DNA of 64,000 nucleotides from Longimicrobiales bacterium. Its GTDB lineage: Bacteria > Gemmatimonadota > Gemmatimonadetes > Longimicrobiales > Gaopeijiaceae. Below the pieces are notes generated by a model. It was not told the DNA's origin and ran no database searches. It worked only from the letters and a program-made list of their open reading frames with translations. The stretch lies in contig OZ250165.1 of the NCBI GenBank assembly GCA_965238005.1, positions 4,000,001 to 4,064,000 of the forward strand, written 5' to 3'. The position numbers were made by a program, and so were the translations under genes. Positions 8,946 through 18,511 of this stretch are shown piece by piece (position 1 is the first letter of the stretch; every line of letters begins with the position of its first letter).

Positions 8946-11900
8946 ATGAAGATGCCCCGCACCTACGCCACCCTCACGTCCTGGATCCTCGCGTGCGCCC
9001 CGCTCCTGGCCCTCGGCACACCGATCCACGCCCAGGACGGCGCTCCGAGTGACCCGGTGGCCCTCACCAGCTTCCTGAAGTGGCGCGAGATCGGTCCCGC
9101 CGTCGTCGGCGGGCGCATCAGCGACCTCGCCGTAGACGAGTCGGACACGCGCGTCATCTACGTGGGCACGGCCACGGCCGGCGTGTGGAAGAGCACCAAC
9201 CACGGCACCACGTGGACCGCCCTCTTCACCGACGAGTCCACGGCTTCAATCGGTGACGTCACCCTCGCCCCGTCGAACCCGAACGTGGTGTGGGTGGGAA
9301 CGGGCGAGCCGCAGAACCGACAGAGCTCTCCGTGGGGGGACGGCGTCTTCAAGTCCATGGACGGCGGGCGCACATGGACCACCATGGGCCTCCAGGAAAC
9401 CCGCCACATCTCCCGAATCCGGGTGCACCCACGCAACCCGGACATCGCCTACGTGGCGGCCGTCGGCAACCTCTGGAGGTCGAGCCCGGAGCGTGGCGTC
9501 TACAAGACCACCGACGGGGGCGCCACCTGGGATCTAGTCCTCTTAGTGGACAACGATACCGGAGCCATCGACCTGATCATGGATCCGGCCGACCCCAACA
9601 CGCTCTTCGCGGCCATGTACCAGCGCCAGCGGACGGCGTGGGGCTTCAACGGTGGTGGCCCGGGGAGCGGCATCTACCGTACCCTGGACGGCGGCGCGAC
9701 TTGGGGGCGCCTCGAGGAGGGCCTCCCCGAGGGTGACCTGGGGCGCATCGGGCTCGACGTGTACAAGCGGGACGGCAACCTGGTCTTCGCCACCGTTCAG
9801 GCCCGCCGGGCCCAGAGCGGCGTCTACGCTTCGAGGGACCGGGGCGACACGTGGGAGAAGCTGTCGAGCATCAACCCCCGGCCCATGTACTTCAGCATGA
9901 TCCGGGTGGATCCGAACAACCCGGAGCGAGTCTACCTCGGTGGCCAGAACCTCATGCGCTCCGACGACGGGGGACGGACGTTCACGAGCGACGGAGCCCG
10001 TAGCGTCCACCCCGACCACCACGCCCTGTGGATCGACCCCTCCGACTCCAATCACCTGATCCTGGGAAGTGACGGCGGCGTCTCGACCTCGTTCGACGGC
10101 TCAGAGAACTGGCGTTTCTACGACAACCTCCCCGTTGCCCAGTTCTACGAGATTGGCTACGACACGCGGAATCCGTACTGGGTATGCGGAGGACTCCAGG
10201 ACAACGGAAGCTGGTGCGGCCCGACCAACACCCTCGACAACCAGGGCATCCGGAACGCCGACTGGCAGAACATCGGGGGCGGGGACGGCTTCTACGTTAA
10301 GATCGACCCCCTGGACTCGAGCGTGCTCTACGCCGAGTCCCAGAACGGCCGAGTGAGCCGCGTGGACCTCGAGACGGGAGAGCGCACCTCGATCGCACCT
10401 CGGCCCAACTTCGAGCTGGAAGAGGGCTCGTCCCCGAGGAAGGAGCACCCCGCAGCAGACGATCCCGACCCCGAGGACGCTCAGTACCGCTTCAACTGGA
10501 ACACGCCTACGCTGATCTCGTCTCACGATCGGAACACGCTGTACACGGGCAGCCAAATGCTCATGAAGAGCACGGACCGGGGCGTGAGCTGGACCCAGAT
10601 CAGCCCCGATCTGACTTTCGACATGGATCGGTCGCAGCTGCCCATCATGGGCGCCCTGCCCTCGGACTCCATGCTGTCGCGTCACGACGGCGTGTCGTAC
10701 TACGGCACGCTCACCACGGTGGGCGAATCGCCCATGAACCGCGACGTCCTCTACACCGGCAGCGACGACGGTCGGGTCATGGGGACCCAGGACGGCGGCG
10801 CCAGCTGGACGGATCTGACGCCCAACATCACGGGCCTGCCCGAGAACACGTACGTGAGCCGCCTGGTGGCCTCCAACACCCGTGAGAGCCGAGTCTACGC
10901 CACCTTCGACGGGCACTACTCGGGGGACTTCGCCGCGTACGCGTACGTGAGCGACGACTTCGGAGCGACCTGGCGGCCGATCACCGCCGGGCTCCCCCAC
11001 TCGTCGGTGAACGTCCTCGCCGAGCACCCCGACCAGGAGAACCTCCTCTTCGTGGGGAACGAGGTGGGCCTCTACGTCTCGACGGACCGGGGCACGAGCT
11101 GGGAGCCCCTGATGAACGGCCTGCCCACCGTGCCAGTGGACGACATCAAGATCCAGCCCGACCACAACGACCTTATCATCGGGACCCACGGTCGGGGCAT
11201 CTGGGTCATGGATAACATTAGCCCCCTCGAGGAGCTCGCCGGCGGATCCATAGAGGCCTCGGACGCCTACCTCTTCCGTGTGGGCCAGGCGGTGGACTGG
11301 AGGACCTTCCGCAACCAGGAGTGGACCGCTTCCGGTGAGTTCCGGCTCCCCAACCCAGCGAACGGGGCACGCATCCGGTACTGGCTCCCCGAGGGGGCCG
11401 CGACGGCGGCCGACGGTGCGGGGGAGAGTTCCGGCAGCGGGGATGATCACATCACCATCGAGATCATGACAGCCACAGGCCAGGGAGTGCGGACCCTCGA
11501 AGGGCCTTCCTCTCCAGGCGCCCACGAGGTCACCTGGGACTTCCGCATCGACCCGGCGTACGAGGCCGACGAAGACGGGGGTGGCGGTGGCGGCGGCGGT
11601 GGTGGCGGCGGCAGCGGGTTCGGTGGAGGAGGCGCCGAGGGGCCGAAGGTGCTTCCCGGCGTATACCAGATCCAGATCGAGGTCGGTGAGACCACCATGT
11701 TGGGCGACCTGGTCGTGCGCCGGGATCCCCGCATCGAGGTGTCCCGGGAGGACCTGGCCGCGCGACAGGCCGCGCTCATGTCGGTCTACCAGCTCCAGGC
11801 GCCGGTCTATCACGCCGGCCAGGCGATCCGGCGACTCAGGGTCCAGCTCGCCGACGTGGAGGGCCTCCTGAACGACGACGACGACGCGCCCGAGGCCCTG

Positions 11901-12188
11901 AGCGAGGAGGTGGAGGCGATCAAGGAAGAGCTGGAGAGTATCGGGGACGACCTCGATGACCTCCCGGTGCGGCGGATGCGATCGGCCATCGAGGGGTCCA
12001 CGACACGGCCCACCGAGGACCAGTTTCAGGACATCGACGGGGCATGGGGGGACACGCCCGGGGTCATCGAGCGGCTCAACGCTCTGATCTCGGATCGGAT
12101 GCCTGCCCTCAACCGCCGTCTTGACGATGAGGGTATCCGGGCCGATCCCGGGGAGGCCGTGGAGATCCCGAGACGAGGAGGCCGTTGA
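8946..12188 (+). CDS. Secreted VPS10/BNR-repeat (sortilin-like) glycosyl hydrolase-like protein
   Basis: Signal peptide; WREIGPAVVGGRI; many SxDxGxTW Asp-box repeats; GTHGRGIW; poly-Gly linker. Confidence 0.85.
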   Translation: MKMPRTYATLTSWILACAPLLALGTPIHAQDGAPSDPVALTSFLKWREIGPAVVGGRISDLAVDESDTRVIYVGTATAGVWKSTNHGTTWTALFTDESTASIGDVTLAPSNPNVVWVGTGEPQNRQSSPWGDGVFKSMDGGRTWTTMGLQETRHISRIRVHPRNPDIAYVAAVGNLWRSSPERGVYKTTDGGATWDLVLLVDNDTGAIDLIMDPADPNTLFAAMYQRQRTAWGFNGGGPGSGIYRTLDGGATWGRLEEGLPEGDLGRIGLDVYKRDGNLVFATVQARRAQSGVYASRDRGDTWEKLSSINPRPMYFSMIRVDPNNPERVYLGGQNLMRSDDGGRTFTSDGARSVHPDHHALWIDPSDSNHLILGSDGGVSTSFDGSENWRFYDNLPVAQFYEIGYDTRNPYWVCGGLQDNGSWCGPTNTLDNQGIRNADWQNIGGGDGFYVKIDPLDSSVLYAESQNGRVSRVDLETGERTSIAPRPNFELEEGSSPRKEHPAADDPDPEDAQYRFNWNTPTLISSHDRNTLYTGSQMLMKSTDRGVSWTQISPDLTFDMDRSQLPIMGALPSDSMLSRHDGVSYYGTLTTVGESPMNRDVLYTGSDDGRVMGTQDGGASWTDLTPNITGLPENTYVSRLVASNTRESRVYATFDGHYSGDFAAYAYVSDDFGATWRPITAGLPHSSVNVLAEHPDQENLLFVGNEVGLYVSTDRGTSWEPLMNGLPTVPVDDIKIQPDHNDLIIGTHGRGIWVMDNISPLEELAGGSIEASDAYLFRVGQAVDWRTFRNQEWTASGEFRLPNPANGARIRYWLPEGAATAADGAGESSGSGDDHITIEIMTATGQGVRTLEGPSSPGAHEVTWDFRIDPAYEADEDGGGGGGGGGGGGSGFGGGGAEGPKVLPGVYQIQIEVGETTMLGDLVVRRDPRIEVSREDLAARQAALMSVYQLQAPVYHAGQAIRRLRVQLADVEGLLNDDDDAPEALSEEVEAIKEELESIGDDLDDLPVRRMRSAIEGSTTRPTEDQFQDIDGAWGDTPGVIERLNALISDRMPALNRRLDDEGIRADPGEAVEIPRRGGR

Positions 12189-13099
12189 CGGCCCGCTGGC
12201 TGGCTGTATTCAACCTCCACGGGGGCTCATTACGTCGGCGCAGGGCGATCGGTCCCCTCCTCGATCGTCTGGAGCGCCACGCTCCGGCGTTGGACCGAAT
12301 CGAGACTCGACCCGCACCGGCCGAGACGCGCGATCTGGTCCGCAGCCGGCTGGGGCCCGACGTTGAGCGAGTCTTCGTTCTGGGAGGGGACGGTGTGGTG
12401 GGGGACGTGGCCGGAGCCCTGGTGGGCTCGGACGTGCCCCTGGGCGTCATTCCCACCGGAACCACCAACGTCGTGGCGGCCGAGCTCGGTATTCCAGGAA
12501 GTCGCGGTCGGGCGGCGCTCGCTCTCGTACGCTCGTCCAAAACACGCCGGCTCCACACCTGGTCCGTAGGCGACCGAACGCTCGTCCTCGGAGCCAGTGC
12601 CGGGTTTGACGCCGAGATCATGCGCAACGTGAGCGGGGACCTCAAAGCTCGCATCGGCTACGTCGCCATCGTCTGGGCGGGCCTCCAAGCCCTCCTCCGC
12701 TACGACCATCCGCGATTGAAGATCACGGGGACCGACGAGGGGGGGGCCCCGGTCGAGCTTACCGGCACCTCCGTCCTCGCCACCAGCACGAAGCGCTATG
12801 GGCGGCGGGCGGTGACCGTCCCGGCGGCCGACCCCCAAGACGACCTCCTGGACGTCATGGTCGGCACCGCGACCTCGCGGTTGGCGGTTCTGGCGTTCTG
12901 GCTCCGCCTTCTTGCAGGTGGGGGCCGGCAGCTGGAGCACGACGGAGTCCGCTACCTTCGTCTTCGAAGCCTTCGTGCCGAGGCCCAGGGCCCCGAGCAG
13001 GCCGAGGTCCAGGTCAACGGTGATCCGGTGGGAAGGACGATCCTCGAGGTGGTGCCCGCGGGGCGGGTGAGCTTCCTGGTGCCGGAAGCCCGCGGATGA
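12185..13099 (+). CDS. Diacylglycerol kinase / YegS family lipid kinase
   Basis: GGDG, IPTGTTNVVA, SAGFDAEI, QVNGD motifs; TTG start overlaps the upstream TGA. Confidence 0.8.
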   Translation: MTARWLAVFNLHGGSLRRRRAIGPLLDRLERHAPALDRIETRPAPAETRDLVRSRLGPDVERVFVLGGDGVVGDVAGALVGSDVPLGVIPTGTTNVVAAELGIPGSRGRAALALVRSSKTRRLHTWSVGDRTLVLGASAGFDAEIMRNVSGDLKARIGYVAIVWAGLQALLRYDHPRLKITGTDEGGAPVELTGTSVLATSTKRYGRRAVTVPAADPQDDLLDVMVGTATSRLAVLAFWLRLLAGGGRQLEHDGVRYLRLRSLRAEAQGPEQAEVQVNGDPVGRTILEVVPAGRVSFLVPEARG

Positions 13100-13242
13100 G
13101 CTGGTGGTAATTCTGGGAATGGCGAAGATGTCCATCCAGGGGCTGCTCGGGCTCTATCCTGATCTCGGGTGGCCCTCCTCTTGTTTTCCCTCGCCGCCAT
13201 ACCCACGGCGGTCTGGAGAACCTTGGTACACTCCGAGGCCTG

Positions 13243-13360
13243 GCGAGAAAGCGGTCGGCCGGATCCGAATGCTCGAAGCCTAGCCGTCGACTCTCCTGCG
13301 CCACCGCGTGGGTAAGGGGCGCCTCGTGGAACGGGCCTGCCTTCAGCATGCGCGAGACGA
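13243..13360 (-). pseudogene. Remnant of a VapC-like PIN-domain toxin
   Basis: EAPLTHAVAQESRRLGFEHSDPADRFLA matches the HxDPxDR segment of PIN toxins; N- and C-termini absent. Confidence 0.6.
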
Positions 13361-13459
13361 GGGCCGACTGGCGGCCCACCCCTCCCTTTCTCATGTTGCC
13401 GGCGATGTCCGGCCGCCTCGAAGAGGCCGGTCGATGTTCGGTTCTGAGGGAGCTACCCC

Positions 13460-15130
13460 ATGACCATGTTCGAGAATCGTCACGGCCTTCTGCTCGTCGC
13501 CACCTTCCTGGGCGCATTGCTTTCGTCCTGCACGACGCCCGAGGCTGGCGATGAGCGCTTCGACGTCGTCGAGGCGACCATCCCCGAGATGCAGCGCGCG
13601 ATGGAGGAAGGGCGCGTTACCTCTCGTGCATTGGTGGAGGCCCACCTGCTGCGCATCGCCCTCTATGAGGAGCGCGTGAACGCGGCGATCACGATCAACG
13701 CCAACGCGCTCGCGGAGGCGGATCGACTCGACCGGGAGCGCGCCGAGGGTCGAGTGCGCAGCCCGCTCCACGGCATCCCGGTCGCCCTCAAGGACAACGT
13801 TCACACCACCCACTTGCCGACATCCGGGGGGGCGCTGGCCTTCGAGGGATTCGTCCCTCCGTACGAGGCCACGCTGACCACCAACCTCCGCGAGGCCGGT
13901 GCCATTATCCTCGCGAAGACGGTGATGACCGAGCTCGCGAACTTCACCGCCGCCGGCATGCCTGGTAACTACAGCGCGCTGGGGGGCTTCGGCCTTAACC
14001 CGTACGACCCCCGCCGTGATCCACGGGAGGGCCGAAACGACGGTCGCCCCGTGATGGGGACGGGTGGCTCGAGCTCCGGCATCGGCACCGCGATGAGCTT
14101 CTGGGCCGCGAACGTGGGCACCGAGACCTCGGGCTCGATCCTGTCGCCGGCGAACGCGAACATGCTGGCGGCGATCAAGCCAACCGTGGGGAGGGTGAGC
14201 CGCTATGGCGTGATCCCGATCACAGCCGATCAGGACATCGCCGGCCCCATGGCGCGGACCGTCACGGACGCGGCGATCTTCTTCGGGGCGCTCGAAGGCG
14301 CGGCGCCGGATCCGAACGACGCCGCCACGTTACGCTGCGAGCCTCCGCCGAACGGAGACTACACGGAGTTCCTTCGGGCCGACGGGCTGCAGGGGGCCCG
14401 GATCGGCATCCCTCGAGCCGCGTACTACGACTCGGCTCGAGGCCCCGGAAGCGACGGGTTCCGGAATAGGCTGTCGGACGAGGGAAGGGTACTGATGGCC
14501 GAGGCGATCGAGATCCTCATGGTACAAGGTGCGACGGTCGTCGATCCGGCGGACATCCCCAGCGTGATCGACCCGGATCCCGAGAACAACCTGCTTGCGA
14601 ACGGGCGCAGCAGCGTGCTCAACTACGGCATGAAGCGGGACTTCAACGCGTGGCTCGCGACGCTGGGCGAGTCCGCGCCCGTCAAGACCCTGACGGAGCT
14701 GCGCGAGTGGAACCTGGCTCACGAGGGAGCCGGCTCGCTCAAGTACGGCCAGGCCCGACTCGATGGGTCCGACGAGATCGACCTGGACGATGACCGTGCC
14801 AAATACGAGGCCGATCGCGCTCGCGACCTGCGCCTGAACGGCGAGCACGGGATAGACGAGGTGATGACCGACCTCGAGCTGGACGCGCTTCTCTTCCCGG
14901 GGTCGAGCGGCGCCGGCATCTCGGCCCGGCCGGGCTATCCGACCGTGATCGTGCCGTTCGGCTTCCTCGCGTCGGGCGGCCCGCCGATGCCGGAGGGCTT
15001 CGTCGCGAAGCCCCGCCCGTTCGGCGTGAGCTTCGCCGGGATGGCGTGCAGCGAGCCGCGGCTGATCGAGCTGGCTTACGCGTTCGAGCAGGCGACGATG
15101 AGGCGGGTCGCGCCTCCCGGAATGCCGTAG
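13460..15130 (+). CDS. Amidase signature family lipoprotein
   Basis: Lipobox LLSSC; PLHGIPVALKDN, GGSSSG, GTETSGSILSPA (Lys-Ser-Ser triad). Confidence 0.9.
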   Translation: MTMFENRHGLLLVATFLGALLSSCTTPEAGDERFDVVEATIPEMQRAMEEGRVTSRALVEAHLLRIALYEERVNAAITINANALAEADRLDRERAEGRVRSPLHGIPVALKDNVHTTHLPTSGGALAFEGFVPPYEATLTTNLREAGAIILAKTVMTELANFTAAGMPGNYSALGGFGLNPYDPRRDPREGRNDGRPVMGTGGSSSGIGTAMSFWAANVGTETSGSILSPANANMLAAIKPTVGRVSRYGVIPITADQDIAGPMARTVTDAAIFFGALEGAAPDPNDAATLRCEPPPNGDYTEFLRADGLQGARIGIPRAAYYDSARGPGSDGFRNRLSDEGRVLMAEAIEILMVQGATVVDPADIPSVIDPDPENNLLANGRSSVLNYGMKRDFNAWLATLGESAPVKTLTELREWNLAHEGAGSLKYGQARLDGSDEIDLDDDRAKYEADRARDLRLNGEHGIDEVMTDLELDALLFPGSSGAGISARPGYPTVIVPFGFLASGGPPMPEGFVAKPRPFGVSFAGMACSEPRLIELAYAFEQATMRRVAPPGMP

Positions 15131-15169
15131 GGGGACGCGGAACTCGTTCTGAATGACGGAGGCGTGACC

Positions 15170-16264
15170 ATGCTGAACCTGAGGAGTACCCGATTCCTGC
15201 TGTCGGCCCTTTGGGCCGCGTACGTCGCTGTGCCGCTGGCGGCGCAGAGCGGCCAGGTGGCGCGGATCATCCAGACCAACTCGGCCGGGACGAACGCGCA
15301 CATCATCGATCCCGAGACGCACGAGGTGCTGGCCGTGATCGAAGGCCTTCCCCATGCACACGGGGTCGCGGAGCATCCGGAGGGCCTCTACTACTACTTC
15401 TCCAACGAGAGGCACAGCACCGTCGATGTCGTGGACACACGCACCTTGGAAGTCGTCGAACACATCCCGCTTTCGGGGCGGCCCAACAACGTCTCGATGA
15501 GCAAGGAGCTCAGGAAGCTGTACGTGGGGATCAGGGGAGGCGGTCCTTACACGGATGTCATCGACATCGATACTCACGAGGTGATCAAGACCGTCCGCAT
15601 GCACCGCGGAGTCCACAACATCTACGTAACGGAAGACTCCAGGTGGGCGGTGGCCAGCTTGGCCCCCGGTCCTGAAGGACCCGAGGACCCGTCGATCCAG
15701 GTGATCGACACGAGCACCGACGAAGTCGCCTGGGGCATACCGGTGAACGGCCAGCGGACCCGCCCCCTGGCGATCGACTCGAACCCCGACGGCTCCCCGC
15801 GGCGGATCTTCGCGCAGGCGAGCGAGCATCACGGCTTCTACGTGATCGATTGGGACACCAGGGCGGTCGTGGACTTCATCAGTCCGCCCCCCGTTCCCCT
15901 CTCTAGGATCAACGCGGATGGGCGTCAGGACGGACCGAGCCACGGTCTCGAGGTGCTGGCCGACAACTCGGCGGTGTGGGACGTCAGCCGTGTCACGAGC
16001 TCGGTGTACGGATACTCGCTTCCGGACCTGGAGTACATCGGCTCGGTCCATGTCGGGCTGGGAGGGGGAGGAGCGGATTGGGCCACCTCATCGCCGGATG
16101 GCCGGTTCCTGTTCGTTGCCGTCACGGGGGCGGGCGAGACCGTGGTCGTGGATCTGGAGCGGCTCGAGGTCGTAAAGCGCATTCCGGTGGGGTATGCGCC
16201 CAAGCGGGTGCACACCGCGGTGATTCCTGCCCATCGGGTCGAAATCGGGAGCGGTGGACGATGA
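15170..16264 (+). CDS. Secreted YVTN/YncE-like beta-propeller protein
   Basis: Signal peptide; repeated VxVIDxxTxEV blades; SPDGRFLFVA. Confidence 0.75.
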   Translation: MLNLRSTRFLLSALWAAYVAVPLAAQSGQVARIIQTNSAGTNAHIIDPETHEVLAVIEGLPHAHGVAEHPEGLYYYFSNERHSTVDVVDTRTLEVVEHIPLSGRPNNVSMSKELRKLYVGIRGGGPYTDVIDIDTHEVIKTVRMHRGVHNIYVTEDSRWAVASLAPGPEGPEDPSIQVIDTSTDEVAWGIPVNGQRTRPLAIDSNPDGSPRRIFAQASEHHGFYVIDWDTRAVVDFISPPPVPLSRINADGRQDGPSHGLEVLADNSAVWDVSRVTSSVYGYSLPDLEYIGSVHVGLGGGGADWATSSPDGRFLFVAVTGAGETVVVDLERLEVVKRIPVGYAPKRVHTAVIPAHRVEIGSGGR

Positions 16265-17166
16265 CCGGGGCCCGCATCGCCCGGCCGGGCGTGGGCTGGT
16301 GGGGGCCGCTGGCAGGCGGGGCCCTCCTCGTGATGTTGGCCTGCAGCGGAGAAGACGAATCGGCGGTCGCTTCGGTCGCCGCGGCTACCGGCCTGGACTT
16401 CGAGTACTACCTTACCAACGTCGAGCCGATTTTCACGAGGCGGCGCGGCGGCTTCGCGGTCGATAGCCCCGGGGGGCCGTCCTGTGTGATGTGCCACACC
16501 TGGCAGACCAACGCCCCCCTCAAGCTGGAGACTCTCGAAGAGGGGCCGGACGGCGAGACGTCTTGGACGGAGGAGCAGTCGCGCAACAACTTTGTCGAGG
16601 TGGCCCGGCTGATCACGCCGGGGGATCCGGACAACAGTAGGCTCCTCAGGGCCCCGCTGGCTGCCGACGCGGGTGGGCGAGGCCGACATACGGGCGGCAT
16701 GTTCTGGGCGTCGAAGGACGAGCCTGAGTGGCAGGCCTTGGCTGAGTGGGTGCGTATGGCCGAACCCGCCGTAGGCGCAGAGGCCGTGGCCGCGGTTCCG
16801 CCCACGTTGGACTTCGAGTTCTTCAAGAGCTGCGTCCAGCGCATATTCGTCACAACGAGGCCCGGAGCGCTCCCCTGCGCAGAGTGCCACGGAGGGGGGG
16901 CCGCGGGGTTTGCCGGACCCATCGGAGACGGGCGCGACTTCTGGAACGAGGAGGAGTCGCGGCGCAACTTCGCGGTGGCGATGCGCCTTATCGAGCCCGG
17001 GGAACCGACCCGCAGCCGACTCCTCATGCATCCCCTTGCCTTCGAGGGCGGCGGGGACTACGCGCACAACGGTCCGCGGCGCTGGACGTCGATGGACGAC
17101 CCGGAGTGGCAGATGCTGGCCGGTTGGGTCCGGGGTGAGCGGACGGGGAGCGTCTGCCCCATCTGA
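16261..17166 (+). CDS. Diheme c-type cytochrome lipoprotein (tandem duplicated domain)
   Basis: ATGA overlap with the propeller gene; lipobox MLAC; CVMCH and CAECH in two homologous halves. Confidence 0.75.
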   Translation: MTGARIARPGVGWWGPLAGGALLVMLACSGEDESAVASVAAATGLDFEYYLTNVEPIFTRRRGGFAVDSPGGPSCVMCHTWQTNAPLKLETLEEGPDGETSWTEEQSRNNFVEVARLITPGDPDNSRLLRAPLAADAGGRGRHTGGMFWASKDEPEWQALAEWVRMAEPAVGAEAVAAVPPTLDFEFFKSCVQRIFVTTRPGALPCAECHGGGAAGFAGPIGDGRDFWNEEESRRNFAVAMRLIEPGEPTRSRLLMHPLAFEGGGDYAHNGPRRWTSMDDPEWQMLAGWVRGERTGSVCPI

Positions 17167-17227
17167 ATCCGCGCGAGGATCACGTGTCCCTCAACGAGAA
17201 CTCCTTAAGGGAAGGTACGGAATCCCC

Positions 17228-18478
17228 ATGCTGACGTCGCTTTTGACTCGCAAGCAACTCGTAGCGTGGCCACTCCTGGTCGGGGCCTCTGCGCTAACCC
17301 TCTCCTGCTCGGGAGGAGAGGAGGGACCGCCCGAAGCGTCAGCCTCCCCGCCCGAACCGTCCGCTCCCCCGACGGGGTCCTATGAGGACTTCACCCCGGA
17401 AGAGCTGGTACGGGTTTTCAGTCTCCGCGAAAGCGATGTGCCTGTGCGCGACCTACCCGGGTGGGCTCCCCCGAAGAAGGTGGTCGTCGTGGTTCCCGAG
17501 GAGTGGGATCGACATGAAGAGAGGATGGCGTTCCTACAGCCCGTCGCTCCCGGGGTCGAGCTCATTCCTGTCAGGGACCCGAGGGATGCCATCGAGCAAG
17601 GCGTGCTGGCCGATGCCCAGGCGGTGATCGGAATGGCATGCAGTGCGAATAGCCTCGCGGCGATGGGCCCGGAGATCCACTGGATGCAGTCTGGAAGCGT
17701 GGGAGTAGCGGGATGCTTCCGAAGCGGGAATCCGCCGGTTGACATGAGCCGACTTCTCGGTGAACGGAACATCGTGTCCACCTCGATCCGGGGCATGACC
17801 GCACGCGCTATTGCCCAGCACTCTCTCACCATCATGCTCTCGCTGATCGGCGGCATGGATATCCACGACGAGAGACAGCAGAACCACGTGTGGGGGAGAA
17901 CGCAGACCGACGTGGTGAAGGACAAGAACCTGGATAGGGAGTTCCAGGATCACACGCTCTTGGTCGTCGGGCTCGGGAGTCTCGGCACGGAAGTGGGTCG
18001 ACTCGCTCACGCTCTGGGGATGCGCGTGATCGCGACTCGGAACACCAGCCGCTCCGGACCGGCGTTCGTCGACTACGTGGGCCTCTCGGATGAGATGTAC
18101 GCCCTCGCTGCTGAGGCCGATGTGGTGTTCGCCTCGGTACCCAACACCCCCGACACACAGGAGATGTTCGACGCGGAGTTCTTTGACGCGATGAAAGAGA
18201 CCGCGTATTTCGTCAGCCTCGTGCGCCTTCCGGTCATCAACTGGGACGACTTGAAGGACGCCCTCAGGTCGGGAGGCATCGCGGGTTTCGGGACCGACGA
18301 TTTGCCTCAGAACGACTTCGAGCTGTGGGACATGCCCCGTGTCATCCTGACCCCGCATGTCTCGGACTACTCCAACCGATATCGCGACAACCAGTTCCTT
18401 CTCTACCGCGAGAACCTCCGCCGGTACGTCCTGGGCGAGAGGATGTTGAACGTGGTCGACCTTCAGCGGGGGTACTGA
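17228..18478 (+). CDS. D-2-hydroxyacid dehydrogenase family protein with lipoprotein-like signal
   Basis: VGLGSLG Rossmann motif, ILTPHVS, RENLRRYVLGERMLNVVDLQRGY; N-terminal LTLSC lipobox. Confidence 0.8.
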   Translation: MLTSLLTRKQLVAWPLLVGASALTLSCSGGEEGPPEASASPPEPSAPPTGSYEDFTPEELVRVFSLRESDVPVRDLPGWAPPKKVVVVVPEEWDRHEERMAFLQPVAPGVELIPVRDPRDAIEQGVLADAQAVIGMACSANSLAAMGPEIHWMQSGSVGVAGCFRSGNPPVDMSRLLGERNIVSTSIRGMTARAIAQHSLTIMLSLIGGMDIHDERQQNHVWGRTQTDVVKDKNLDREFQDHTLLVVGLGSLGTEVGRLAHALGMRVIATRNTSRSGPAFVDYVGLSDEMYALAAEADVVFASVPNTPDTQEMFDAEFFDAMKETAYFVSLVRLPVINWDDLKDALRSGGIAGFGTDDLPQNDFELWDMPRVILTPHVSDYSNRYRDNQFLLYRENLRRYVLGERMLNVVDLQRGY

Positions 18479-18511
18479 CGCCCCGGGCCGGATCCCCCGA
18501 GCCTGAGATCG

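Noticed and set aside
11578..11636. GGN-rich tract as a separate repeat element
   Set aside because: It is an in-frame poly-Gly linker of the VPS10-like protein; a similar linker occurs in the Tat amidase near 21745.
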